Of a stretch of DNA of 54,389 nucleotides, positions 16,983 through 25,843 are shown piece by piece. Position numbers and translations under genes: made by a program. The notes below the pieces were generated by a model. That model did not search any database and was not told the origin of the DNA. It worked only from the letters and a program-made list of their open reading frames with translations. Source of the DNA: a virus (lineage: Duplodnaviria > Caudoviricetes). The number at the start of each line of letters is the position of its first letter. Position 1 is the first letter of the stretch. The stretch is from positions 1-54,389 of the IMG/VR virus record IMGVR_UViG_3300034815_000027; one strand, given 5' to 3'.

Positions 16983-18299
16983 CTACTTACCCTTCGGAAT
17001 ACGGACCTTAGTCCCTGAAAAGATGCTCGTCTGACCGTTCTTGCGACGTTCAGCAATTGTCGGATTTGCCCCAAGAATAGCGCTCACCGTCGTCTTGTTG
17101 TCCCTCGCAATGCCCCAAAGCGTGTCACCGTGCTTCACAACATGCGTAGATGCCCCTAGACGGCCCACAGCGGGCTTCTGAGGCGTTTTCACAGCAGGCT
17201 TGGTAGAACGGGGCATAGCGGGCTTCGCGGGCTTCTGGACTGCCTTTACGGCCTTCTTCATCGCACCGCCAGTACCGCGACCACGGACAGAACCCTTCAG
17301 GTTGCCTGTAGGCGGTCGCTCACCGTCGTACTTGTCCATCAGGTACGGGTCACGGAAGGCCATGTTCTTAGCCTGAGCCTTCATACGGTCCAGTCCGGAA
17401 GCGTTCGGATGCTTCTTCAACCAGTCCATCATGCGGCCAGCGCGCTTCCTACCCAGCGGATCCGTTGCAACCTCGTACGCCATATCGGCAGCAGTAGCGA
17501 CACCAGACACCTTACCGGCAACCTTTGCCACCCTCACGGCGCCAGCACCGATCTTTGCCAAACGGGCAGCCTTGGCCTCTGCCTTCGCCAGAATCTCTGC
17601 CTTCTGTGCGGCGGATACCTTAGCGGCAGCAGATTCCCGGGCCGCTTGAGCGGCACGAGCGCTGGCCTGACCCTTCGCATTAGGAGTCACACCAGCAGCA
17701 GCGTTTTTAGCGGCGACACGCTCACGCGCGGCCTGAGCGGCACGTTCGGTAGGAGTCGGCTCAGCGGCCTCGTCGAGGGCGGCCCTGCGCTCAGCAAGGT
17801 ATTTCGTCTCGTTTGCTGTCAACTTCTGTGACGTAGGACGCTTTGGACCAGCAGGCCGGTTACCCGTCCCATTCTTCGTCGTGATACGCAGCGTCGGAGT
17901 TACCCCCAATTGCTTCGCAGATTTAGGAACCACAACCCGACCAGTCTTCTTCGCCGGTGACTTCACAACCTCAACCGGCTTTACTGGCTCCACCTTCGGC
18001 TTCACGACGCGGGGCTTACGAGGAGCGGCAGCCTTCGGCGGATTCTTCGGTGCGGCCTTCTTGACGGTACGCGCCACCGGAGCGTTCGCAACCTCGGACT
18101 TCGGCTCAGGACCACCCTTCTTCATGGCTTTCGGCTTCGGACTCCTAGACTGCGGTACAGATCCCTCCGCCCCAGCAATAGAACGCGCCAGAGCGGTGCG
18201 TTCCTTCTTCAATTCTGTAGCATCATCGGACGGAATCTTCGCTATGTGCTTATCGAGCGCAGCGAGGCGCCGCTTCATGTACTCTATGCTGTCGCTCAT
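16983..18299 (-). CDS. Lys/Ala/Pro-rich protein with C-terminal LysM domain
   Basis: HVVKHGDTLWGIARDNKTTVSAILGANP...IFSGTKVRIP. Confidence 0.8.
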   Translation of the reverse strand: MSDSIEYMKRRLAALDKHIAKIPSDDATELKKERTALARSIAGAEGSVPQSRSPKPKAMKKGGPEPKSEVANAPVARTVKKAAPKNPPKAAAPRKPRVVKPKVEPVKPVEVVKSPAKKTGRVVVPKSAKQLGVTPTLRITTKNGTGNRPAGPKRPTSQKLTANETKYLAERRAALDEAAEPTPTERAAQAARERVAAKNAAAGVTPNAKGQASARAAQAARESAAAKVSAAQKAEILAKAEAKAARLAKIGAGAVRVAKVAGKVSGVATAADMAYEVATDPLGRKRAGRMMDWLKKHPNASGLDRMKAQAKNMAFRDPYLMDKYDGERPPTGNLKGSVRGRGTGGAMKKAVKAVQKPAKPAMPRSTKPAVKTPQKPAVGRLGASTHVVKHGDTLWGIARDNKTTVSAILGANPTIAERRKNGQTSIFSGTKVRIPKGK

Positions 18300-18550
18300 G
18301 ATGCCACGAAAGCCTCTCCCGTCCTATTGGACTGTTCAACCGCCGCACGGACCTGCGAGGCCTTAGTGCCAGCGGGCTGAATGCCCTGAGCCTTCGCAGC
18401 GCGATAGGCCTCAATACTCTTATCCCAATTCTTCTGGGTGGTTGCGTCACCGCCACCAATCCCACAGAACGCAACCTTCAGGTTTGCTGCCCGAAGGCAG
18501 TCCCCCCAAGAATCATGATCTTGGGTGGGACAGCCAGTGCGACAAGACAC
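18296..18550 (-). CDS. Hypothetical protein
   Basis: CRTGCPTQDH.SWG.C, coupled ORF. Confidence 0.7.
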   Translation of the reverse strand: MSCRTGCPTQDHDSWGDCLRAANLKVAFCGIGGGDATTQKNWDKSIEAYRAAKAQGIQPAGTKASQVRAAVEQSNRTGEAFVAS

Positions 18551-18870
18551 TACAGAATCGCCCCCACACTAGGCCGCTGCTCGATTACGGAAAGAATTGC
18601 TCGGGCCTTCGCCTGTTCCACCATGTTGGAGCGGATAGCAGCCTGTGCGTCGTCGTGTGCCCACAGTTGTGACACGAGCACCACATCGTTGAGGTCGTCT
18701 ACTCCGGAGATAGCCGCGTGCTTGTCTGCCGCGCCTTTCAAGTGCGCGAGATGTTCGGGCCATACGCTCGGGAGGCCTGATGCGATGGACGTGTAGAGGT
18801 CGATGCCGCGCTGGTAGTCGGCAACCTCGTCACGCCGGGTGGCGATGGGATCAAATACAGGTTCGGTCAT
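18550..18870 (-). CDS. Putative fibre/RBP chaperone (phage A allele)
   Basis: AAAGGA RBS before ATG 18870, directly downstream of the RBP. 94/107 aa identical to the 53867-54190 ORF by manual count. Confidence 0.7.
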   Translation of the reverse strand: MTEPVFDPIATRRDEVADYQRGIDLYTSIASGLPSVWPEHLAHLKGAADKHAAISGVDDLNDVVLVSQLWAHDDAQAAIRSNMVEQAKARAILSVIEQRPSVGAIL

Positions 18871-18880
18871 TGTGTTTCCT

Positions 18881-19084
18881 TTCATCAGATGAATGCGACA
18901 CGCTTAGACCACCCGAGTGGCAGGCTGGCGGGGTTTGCGTATTTCGTACCGAACCCGGACGACCACGGGTAGGCGGTGATATATGGAGTGCTTGAGGAGG
19001 GGAGTGCGACTGCTCCACCGCCCGCTATGAAAGACCCGTCCTGACTATTCGAGGTAGGCAGGCTGGCAGGATTCGCGTACTTCG
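18881..19084. repeat. Long direct repeat, copy 1 (near-identical core)
   Basis: Matches 54186-54389 with one mismatch (18957 G versus 54262 A). Weaker homology extends left to about 18580. Confidence 0.97.
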
Positions 19085-19904
19085 TACCGAACCCAGACGA
19101 CCACGGATAGGCGGAAACGAACGGTGTAGTCGTGTGACCGATGACAAGATCCGTACCCGATGGATTGAATGACACACCGTTGCCATTGCCGGTAGGTAGC
19201 GTCGCCGGGTTCGCATACTTTGCCCCGAATCCTGCAGACCACGGGTACACCGAAACGTATGGTGATGTCGAATGACCAACGGCAACGACAGTCCCTGCCG
19301 GATTGAACGCAACGCTGTTTCCGCCGCCCGTTGGTAGCGTTGCAGGGTTCGCGTATTTGGTACCGAAACCAGACGACCACGGATAGGCGTAAACGAACGG
19401 CGTAGTCCCAACCACGAAAACCACTGTCGTTCCGTCTGGCGTAAATGCTATGTCGTTACCGTTCGCGGTGGGCAGTGTTGCAGGGTTCGCATACTTCGCA
19501 CCGAACCCAGACGACCACGGATAAGCCCCGATATACGGTGTGCTTGAATGCCCCATAGCGAGAACCGTTCCGGCAGCATTGAACTTGAGTGCCTGTACCG
19601 CACCGCCCGGAAGTGTTGCCGGGTTTGAGTATTTGCTTCCGAAACCCGCCGACGACCATCCATACACTGCGATATACGGCGTGGTTCCGTCACACATGGC
19701 GATTGCGGTGCCGAGCGGGTTGAAGTCCACACCACCGTTGGTTGCCGACCCGGCTGGTGATGCCGGTGCGGACACCTTTGCTCCGTATCCGCCACTAGAC
19801 CACGGATATACGGAGATGAATGGTGAAACATCGTGCGTTACCGCGAGAAACGATGAAACAGCCGCCGATTTGAGTGCGGCAAGCATCATCAAAATGCCGG
19901 GCAT
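18885..19904 (-). CDS. Repeat beta-propeller receptor-binding protein
   Basis: Seven ~43-aa repeats containing YPWSSGFGTKYANPATLP. TGATG coupling to the upstream fibre gene. Confidence 0.75.
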   Translation of the reverse strand: MPGILMMLAALKSAAVSSFLAVTHDVSPFISVYPWSSGGYGAKVSAPASPAGSATNGGVDFNPLGTAIAMCDGTTPYIAVYGWSSAGFGSKYSNPATLPGGAVQALKFNAAGTVLAMGHSSTPYIGAYPWSSGFGAKYANPATLPTANGNDIAFTPDGTTVVFVVGTTPFVYAYPWSSGFGTKYANPATLPTGGGNSVAFNPAGTVVAVGHSTSPYVSVYPWSAGFGAKYANPATLPTGNGNGVSFNPSGTDLVIGHTTTPFVSAYPWSSGFGTKYANPASLPTSNSQDGSFIAGGGAVALPSSSTPYITAYPWSSGFGTKYANPASLPLGWSKRVAFI

Positions 19905-20467
19905 CAGGTCAACCCATTTCCTGAAATGATCCACGAAGTCGCCGTGATCTTCACAATCGTCGCCATACCGAAAGCCGCAAGCGTACGCGAACCCGTAGTT
20001 CCAGCACCCGCCAAATACAACGTGTCAGTAGTGATAGCGATAGTCGTCGTCACGGCGGAAGCATTCACTACAACAAACGTTGTACCAATCTCAAACGCTG
20101 TCGCACTGTTTGCCGGAATCGTCAACGTCTGACCCGTAGTAGTGAAATAGACGTGCTTCCCGGCATCACCGAGCGCCAGCGTGTACGATGCAGACTTCGA
20201 CAACTGCGGCATACCCATGTATCCGGCCTGCGAAGCCGCAGTAGCGGCAACCGACGCACCGGGCGTGATGATCGGACCCGTTGCGAAAACGAGCACGCCA
20301 GAGCCGGTCTCGTCACTGATGACGCCAGCGAGTTCAGCGGAGGTCGTGGCGGCAAACTGTGAGAGTTTGCCGGACAGTGGAGCCTTCGCGTTCACCGCAG
20401 CCCACAGGTTCTTCGCTTCAGTGCCGGCGCGAGTGGCGAGCGCCGACACCTGTGTGGCGAGGCTCAT
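19904..20467 (-). CDS. Short fibre protein carrying the propeller RBP
   Basis: FAATTSAELAGVISDETGSG and YTL.L.DAGK...TLTIPANS..AF.IGT...W.ISG fibre motifs. Confidence 0.75.
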   Translation of the reverse strand: MSLATQVSALATRAGTEAKNLWAAVNAKAPLSGKLSQFAATTSAELAGVISDETGSGVLVFATGPIITPGASVAATAASQAGYMGMPQLSKSASYTLALGDAGKHVYFTTTGQTLTIPANSATAFEIGTTFVVVNASAVTTTIAITTDTLYLAGAGTTGSRTLAAFGMATIVKITATSWIISGNGLT

Positions 20468-20470
20468 CGA

Positions 20471-21109
20471 CTACACCAGGGCCGCTTCGAATACGGTGAC
20501 GAAGTTCGTGGTGGTGTCGCCGACCGACGCGATGAGCGAGTACGGCGCATACAGGTCGGCGAGGGTCACCGCACCGACGCGACCGTCGACGCTCGATACT
20601 GCGTCGGTGGGGGTGAGCATTTCCTTCCAGTCGGCCAGCGTGGAGGGGCTGTCGGTGGCGAGGATGTAAGTCTTGTTGACGTCGGTGCGGATGGCGACGT
20701 CGCCACGCTGCGCAGTCAACGCGAGCATCGCTGCCTGCGAAGCGACGATGAAGGGCTCACTGATGGCCAGCGGCGGCATCTGTGAGGTCGGGATGAGACC
20801 GCTGGCGTCGAGTGAGGCGACGCCGTTGGCCGCACCCATCGTGGACGATGGCACGTACGACGTGGTGTCCAGCGACCAGGTGTCCGCTGCCGTCTTCTTC
20901 AGCAGACCGCTCGCGCCTGCGAGGGCGGCGATGGCGCTGAGGTCGGCGTCGATCGGCTGCTTGCCAGCGTTGAGCTCATTGACGGCGGCGACGATGCTGG
21001 TCTTGTCCGTCGTCGTCAAGCCGGTGAGCGAACCGATGGTGGCGCGCACCGCCTTGAACTCGGTGCCGATGCGTGTGGCGAGGTCAGAGACCTTGACTGC
21101 CAGGCTCAT
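20471..21109 (-). CDS. Fibre/collar protein
   Basis: L..L.TTDK.SIV.A.NE, GAANGVASLD.SG.IP..Q and V.SV.GR.GAV.L motifs. Confidence 0.75.
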   Translation of the reverse strand: MSLAVKVSDLATRIGTEFKAVRATIGSLTGLTTTDKTSIVAAVNELNAGKQPIDADLSAIAALAGASGLLKKTAADTWSLDTTSYVPSSTMGAANGVASLDASGLIPTSQMPPLAISEPFIVASQAAMLALTAQRGDVAIRTDVNKTYILATDSPSTLADWKEMLTPTDAVSSVDGRVGAVTLADLYAPYSLIASVGDTTTNFVTVFEAALV

Positions 21110-21119
21110 GGGGTTCCTT

Positions 21120-21311
21120 TCAGATCAGTGCGTTGTCGAAGATCAAGATGAGATCCGGCGGATCGATGAGATCTGCCGGGACGTTCGCCGTCACGCCGTC
21201 GAGTCCTTGCGGACCTGGCGGGCCCTGAATGCCGGGCATCTGCACGCGCACACGGAAGACGTCGGTGGTGGCAACGACTTGGTGCGTCACCTGCGTGATC
21301 TTCACGCTCAT
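21120..21311 (-). CDS. Small collagen-like virion protein
   Basis: GIQGPPGPQG triplets. The C-terminus resembles that of the next gene (IFDNALI versus VFEAALV). Confidence 0.6.
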   Translation of the reverse strand: MSVKITQVTHQVVATTDVFRVRVQMPGIQGPPGPQGLDGVTANVPADLIDPPDLILIFDNALI

Positions 21312-21661
21312 CGCACAACCCCCGGCTGCACCGTGAAGGTGCCGGCAATGAATGGCGGCTTGCCTCCATCGGGTTCGATGAGTTCGAAGCCGTGGACGTA
21401 GCGCCGCGCCGTGACGCTCGCGGTGACTGCAGCTGGGACAAGGAACGTGAACGAGTCGCCGATGATGGTGATCTCGCCGCTCGCGCTGTCGCGCTCGAGC
21501 ACGATGTCTGCATCATCTGCGCTGGTGCGCAACTGCCAACGCACGCGGTAGCCGGCGAGATTGACGTTCCCCTCGATGGTGACGAGGAACTCCCAATCCT
21601 TGCCTTGCTCGGCCACGATGTTGAGCACGTCGGATGTGAGGGCGAGGTCGCTCATAACCAC
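21308..21661 (-). CDS. BppU-like fibre-anchoring protein
   Basis: EQG..W, NL.GY....QLR, G.F.V.PGV. Confidence 0.6.
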   Translation of the reverse strand: MVMSDLALTSDVLNIVAEQGKDWEFLVTIEGNVNLAGYRVRWQLRTSADDADIVLERDSASGEITIIGDSFTFLVPAAVTASVTARRYVHGFELIEPDGGKPPFIAGTFTVQPGVVR

Positions 21662-22029
21662 TCCATTCCGATGTTCACCTCGGCATCGAGTGGGACACCG
21701 ACGAGCGTGGGGTTCGAGAGCAGGATGGACGTCATGCGATCGTCAGCGTTCAGCACATCGACGACGCGACCGTCGAGTACGACAACCACTTTCTGCGGTG
21801 GTTCGTCGAGGACGCGGACCTGATCCCAGTGCCCGATGGGGCAGGCGGCGTTCGGCAGTGTCGTCTTGAGCGCCATGACGCAGTGGCATTCGACGCACAC
21901 GCCGGCACGTAGGTTCGGACACTGCCCGCAGATCGCCATGCGCTCGCGTGCGATCTCAGTTTCGACACGTCCGAGCCTGGTGTTGAACAGGTCCCAGGGA
22001 CGCGCTGGCCGTGCGAATGGATCCGGCAT
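21652..22029 (-). CDS. CxxC-rich adhesin partner (phage B allele)
   Basis: GGAGGGG RBS before ATG 22029. Homolog of 13654-14043. Confidence 0.75.
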   Translation of the reverse strand: MPDPFARPARPWDLFNTRLGRVETEIARERMAICGQCPNLRAGVCVECHCVMALKTTLPNAACPIGHWDQVRVLDEPPQKVVVVLDGRVVDVLNADDRMTSILLSNPTLVGVPLDAEVNIGMEWL

Positions 22030-22037
22030 TTCCCCTC

Positions 22038-23063
22038 CTACATCGCGCTGCTGAAGGCGTCGACAGTGCTGCCTTGTGCCAAGCCGCCGGGGGCCTTGAC
22101 GATGCCGGTGGACGTGCCGCGATTGGGCGACGCGGGCGTCTTCGCGTTCGTGCCCAGGAGCGTCGTCATTGCGGCGTCGCTGTACGCGGTGGCGGTGATC
22201 GTCGTGCCAGCGGTGACAACCTTGATCGCCGCCGGAGCCGACGCGATGCTTACGTCGTCGGTGGTTGCGATGGCACCGGACACCATGGACACCAGGCGCA
22301 GCTTGTGCGCGGTGCTCGATGTCGTGGAGTCGGTGCAGCGGTACTCGGTGGTCGAGCCTGCCGTCGCCGAGCAGCGGTACTGGGTCGTCGGGAAGCAGCA
22401 GTAGGGGTTGGAGTACGTGCCACCGTCGGTCGCGCATTGGGCGGCGGCTCCGGCGCCGAAGAGGGCGAGGTAGTTCTGGCTGCAATCGGGCGTCCCCGCC
22501 TGCGTTTCCCGCACCCCGCAAGCACAGGTTACAGGGTCGGTGTATGACCAGGCGGTTGCAGCGCCGGAACAATCAGCCACAGACTGTGTCTGTCTGACAC
22601 CGCAGGTGCACGTTACCGGATCGGTCGTAGACCACGCGGTAGCGCCACCGCCACAGCCAGAAGACGAAGTGGAGTAGTGGAACGACGCCCACCAGTTATT
22701 CGCGTCGGTGATCCACGCGGCGGGGCCGCACCCCTGCGACACGCTTGCCGATGTGGTGGCGTCCTGGGCTCCGAGGGCCACCGCTGCCAGCGGGTAGCCC
22801 GACGCACTGTCTGCGCTGTTGGCCTGGTTGGAGACCACAGACCAAGTGCCACGCAGGCCGCTCCACGCCTGTCCGGTATCGGTGTTGCCGAGTGCGCCGT
22901 TGGCGCGGTTGAACGCGTCAGTGATGACCGCGGCGATCCACTGCCGCCATGTGCCGCCGACCTTCACGAACGCGACCGACACGTTGCGCCATGTGCCGCC
23001 GACCTTCACCTTCGCCGCGGTCACGCTGTGCCAGGCGCCGCCGACCTTGACCTTCGCCGTCAT
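22038..23063 (-). CDS. Cys-rich tail-fibre tip adhesin (phage B allele)
   Basis: Homolog of 14049-15062 with a different 12-Cys insert. Confidence 0.75.
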   Translation of the reverse strand: MTAKVKVGGAWHSVTAAKVKVGGTWRNVSVAFVKVGGTWRQWIAAVITDAFNRANGALGNTDTGQAWSGLRGTWSVVSNQANSADSASGYPLAAVALGAQDATTSASVSQGCGPAAWITDANNWWASFHYSTSSSGCGGGATAWSTTDPVTCTCGVRQTQSVADCSGAATAWSYTDPVTCACGVRETQAGTPDCSQNYLALFGAGAAAQCATDGGTYSNPYCCFPTTQYRCSATAGSTTEYRCTDSTTSSTAHKLRLVSMVSGAIATTDDVSIASAPAAIKVVTAGTTITATAYSDAAMTTLLGTNAKTPASPNRGTSTGIVKAPGGLAQGSTVDAFSSAM

Positions 23064-23509
23064 GGTCGCACCTTCATCTTGTCCTTGTAGCGACGCTTCG
23101 CTTCTCGCGAGCAAGTGCGACAGAGCCTGGAATCCCCTGTCGCACCTCGCTGTCGCGCGGTGTTCTCAGGGGTGAACTCGTGGCCGTGCTTGCAGTGAGT
23201 GGCGCCTTGCCACTGATTGCGCCAGCGACCCTTCGCAGCCATGTCCTCGGAGTTGTCCTTGAGCGTGCCGATGAACAGGTGTGCGGGGTTGACGCAGCAC
23301 CGCACGTCGCAACGGTGCAGGACGTACAGCCCAGCAGGGATGGGGGCGACGTATGCCTCGTACGAAACTCGGTGCGCCTTGTGGTACTTGCCTCGGACCG
23401 AGACGGTGCCGTAGCCGTTGATGTCGATAGTCTTTTGCCAGATCCAACAGCCGTTCGCATCGATGAGGATGCTCGATGCGATTCGACGCTCAAGCGTTGC
23501 GTCAGACAT
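23060..23509 (-). CDS. Free-standing HNH homing endonuclease
   Basis: GCWIW, GYG, AHRVSY, VLHRCD...CVNP.HL..GT..DN and C-terminal THCKHGH...C.TC. Confidence 0.9.
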   Translation of the reverse strand: MSDATLERRIASSILIDANGCWIWQKTIDINGYGTVSVRGKYHKAHRVSYEAYVAPIPAGLYVLHRCDVRCCVNPAHLFIGTLKDNSEDMAAKGRWRNQWQGATHCKHGHEFTPENTARQRGATGDSRLCRTCSREAKRRYKDKMKVRP

Positions 23510-24047
23510 AGCGCAGCCAGACGTCACCGTCTGCGCCGCCAGACGGATCCGCGGTGGACATGGTGACCTGCCGCACGCCGCTGGAGCCGGCGGCGGTCGG
23601 TGACGTGACGTTGGCCAGTGGCAGTGTGACGGTGCCGGTGAATGTCGGCGACTCAATCGGAGCCTTGTCGGCGAGCGCGGCAACGGTGGCAAGTGCGCTG
23701 GCCTGGACCCCGTCGACCGTGTCCGCGTCCAAGCCCGAGCCTGCGCCGTCGACCGTGAGGAGCAGCGCGAGCAGCTGCGCTGCCGTGAGCGCAGGCTGCG
23801 CTGCGGCCCAGTTCGCAGCACCGGCACTGCCGGAGGTGTTGACCTCGAGGCGGCCGGCGGTGCTATTCCAGATGACGATGCCCGCCCACAGATTCGACCC
23901 GGACAACAGGTCGCGCTGCGTAGTGGTGTGGATGCCGCCCCAGGCGTGGGCGTCCAGCCAGGCGGCGAGGTTCGCCAGTTGCGTTGGCGCGTCTGCAGGG
24001 TCCGAGCCGGTCGGGTATGGGACGCCCTTGGCAGTGGTCGCGGTCAT
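23502..24047 (-). CDS. Tail fibre (phage B)
   Basis: G.GSGLDAD.VDG motif. C-terminus shared with 15066-15659. Confidence 0.78.
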   Translation of the reverse strand: MTATTAKGVPYPTGSDPADAPTQLANLAAWLDAHAWGGIHTTTQRDLLSGSNLWAGIVIWNSTAGRLEVNTSGSAGAANWAAAQPALTAAQLLALLLTVDGAGSGLDADTVDGVQASALATVAALADKAPIESPTFTGTVTLPLANVTSPTAAGSSGVRQVTMSTADPSGGADGDVWLRYV

Positions 24048-24063
24048 CGTCGACGTCCTTTCG

Positions 24064-24651
24064 TTACAGGGAGCCGGTGAGCAGTTGGCTGAACGTCTTG
24101 CCCGTGGCGGTGACGGCGTCCCACGTGGCGTACGTCGTGTTGATCTCGCTCCACGTGACACCCGGCAGGATCTCGACGGTGAGGGTGACGCCGATGGGTT
24201 TCGCCTGGAGCAGAAGTCGCGCGATGTCGGCTGCGGTGGTCGCCGGGTTGATGAGCTGTGGCGCATACACGCGCACGCGCACCGCCCATGCGCTGCCGTC
24301 GCGTTCGGTGATGTCCACGCGCTTGCCGCCGGTGAGGAAGGTCTGTGCGAGCTCGATCAATGCGGCCGGTGTGCCGCGTCGCCACATGAGGTGCGAGAGC
24401 ACCTGTGCCCGCTGTTCCGCTAGCGGCAACGCTGCATCGATGCGGGCGCCGGCGAGTTGCCCCAACCATGCTGGCTGCGGTGTCGTGGCCAAGTCGAGCA
24501 CCGTGGGCCACCCACCGGTCGCAGGTTGCAGCAGTGCGTCCGCGGTTTCAGCGGGGCTGGTGAGCCCGTCGACGAGGTCTTCGAAGAGTGTGCCGGCGTT
24601 GTCTTCGAACGTCTCCCCCAGACCCGCGCGCATGCGGGTGGCGAAGGTCAT
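24064..24651 (-). CDS. Baseplate/tail protein (P2 gpI-like)
   Basis: WLGQ..G, RRGT, KP.G, located after baseplate J. Confidence 0.7.
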   Translation of the reverse strand: MTFATRMRAGLGETFEDNAGTLFEDLVDGLTSPAETADALLQPATGGWPTVLDLATTPQPAWLGQLAGARIDAALPLAEQRAQVLSHLMWRRGTPAALIELAQTFLTGGKRVDITERDGSAWAVRVRVYAPQLINPATTAADIARLLLQAKPIGVTLTVEILPGVTWSEINTTYATWDAVTATGKTFSQLLTGSL

Positions 24652-24652
24652 G

Positions 24653-25843
24653 TCACACCACCGTGACGGTGATGGTGGAGCCGGACGCACCCAGCGGCGA
24701 GGGAAGTGCGCCCGGCCCCGTCAGCGACGCCGCTGTCGATGATCCGTTGATGGAGATTGCGGTGATCGATGCGACGCCGGCGACGCGGCCGAGGACCGCT
24801 GAGACGTCGAAGCTCGACAGGCTGTCGCGTTCGCTCCAGGTCGTGATGTCGCCTGAGACGGTGCCCCAGTTCGCGGGACTGATGAGCGCGGTCAACGCCG
24901 CGAGCGCAGCGTCGTGGACGGCGGTGGTGGTGTAGGCGCTGTCGCGGGCGATGGTGACGTTGAGTGCGACGTTCGTGTACGTGGGGTCGATGAGGTGGAA
25001 GATGAAGTTCACTTCCCGTGTCGACTCGAGCAGCGTCGTGAGCTCTGCCTTCTTCCCACCGGTGAGGACTGCACCGGCGGCGTCGACGGCGATGACGGTG
25101 ATGGTCTTCTCCGCGGGGACCGTCGGGGCTGCCGGGTTGTACATGTCCAGGGCGAGTGCCCGCTGCACACCCGTGATCGTCGTCGCGAGTGCTGCGACAT
25201 CTGAGGCAAGGACACCGCCCGGTCGCAGCGTGGCAGCCCATGCGGTGAAGCGTGCGAGGAACGCGGCGATGCTTTCGGCGTCCGTGCCGCCGATGCCCGC
25301 GTTGATGACGGTGGCGGCGATGACGGTGAGGGTGGCACTGATGACGGTGGCCGTGGCGCCGGCGTTGACGTTGCCTGCCGCGCCGGCGTCGACGGCGATG
25401 AGATCGACACTCATGGTGCCGTGCCAGGAGCCGTCGGTCGCGGCGGTGAAGTTCACGAGCGCGGTGGCGTCGTTGGCGAGCGTGAAGGCAACGTCACTGA
25501 CGGCGATCGTGAAGCCGCGCAGCACGGCCATGGCCTGCGTGAACGGCGCCGTGCCAGCCGAGGCCGGCAACGAGAGTGTGAGTTGCACGCCGGGCAGGGT
25601 CGCCTTCGCTGCCTCGATAGGGGCGAAGCCGAATGCGGTCGCGACGCCGGCGGCCGCCAGCTGCGTGGAGGCCAGCGCGAGCGCGTTGGTAGCCGCGATC
25701 TGCAGCGCGAACTCTTCGGCGAGTGCCACCTCTGGGGCTCCCTCGTTGGGCAGCCATCCGGGGATGCGGGTGGCGAGGCCGGTGAGGATGTCGGCGGTGA
25801 TGGTGTCGGCATCTGCGTCGATGGTGATGGGGTCGAAGGCCAT
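24653..25843 (-). CDS. Baseplate J-like wedge protein
   Basis: A...G..GN, GG.DAES..F..R, GV.RA motifs. Confidence 0.85.
   Translation of the reverse strand: MAFDPITIDADADTITADILTGLATRIPGWLPNEGAPEVALAEEFALQIAATNALALASTQLAAAGVATAFGFAPIEAAKATLPGVQLTLSLPASAGTAPFTQAMAVLRGFTIAVSDVAFTLANDATALVNFTAATDGSWHGTMSVDLIAVDAGAAGNVNAGATATVISATLTVIAATVINAGIGGTDAESIAAFLARFTAWAATLRPGGVLASDVAALATTITGVQRALALDMYNPAAPTVPAEKTITVIAVDAAGAVLTGGKKAELTTLLESTREVNFIFHLIDPTYTNVALNVTIARDSAYTTTAVHDAALAALTALISPANWGTVSGDITTWSERDSLSSFDVSAVLGRVAGVASITAISINGSSTAASLTGPGALPSPLGASGSTITVTVV

Larger units (their letters stand above)
1..18549. mobile_element. Phage A: partial genome of a probably lytic short-tailed actinophage
   Basis: WhiB, helicase, split primase and sigma-like gene on the + strand, converging at a terminator on lysis and tail nozzle/adaptor-like genes on the - strand. 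No integrase, capsid or terminase in view. Confidence 0.85.

Noticed and set aside
18580-19084. Integrase-generated att duplication or diversity-generating retroelement TR/VR pair
   Set aside because: The repeat is hundreds of bp of coding sequence unrelated to attP. Mismatches are not adenine-specific and there is no reverse transcriptase.
13654-24047. Invertible tail-fibre (shufflon or Gin-type) system
   Set aside because: The homologous modules are in the same orientation, belong to different phages, and no invertase or inverted crossover sites were seen.
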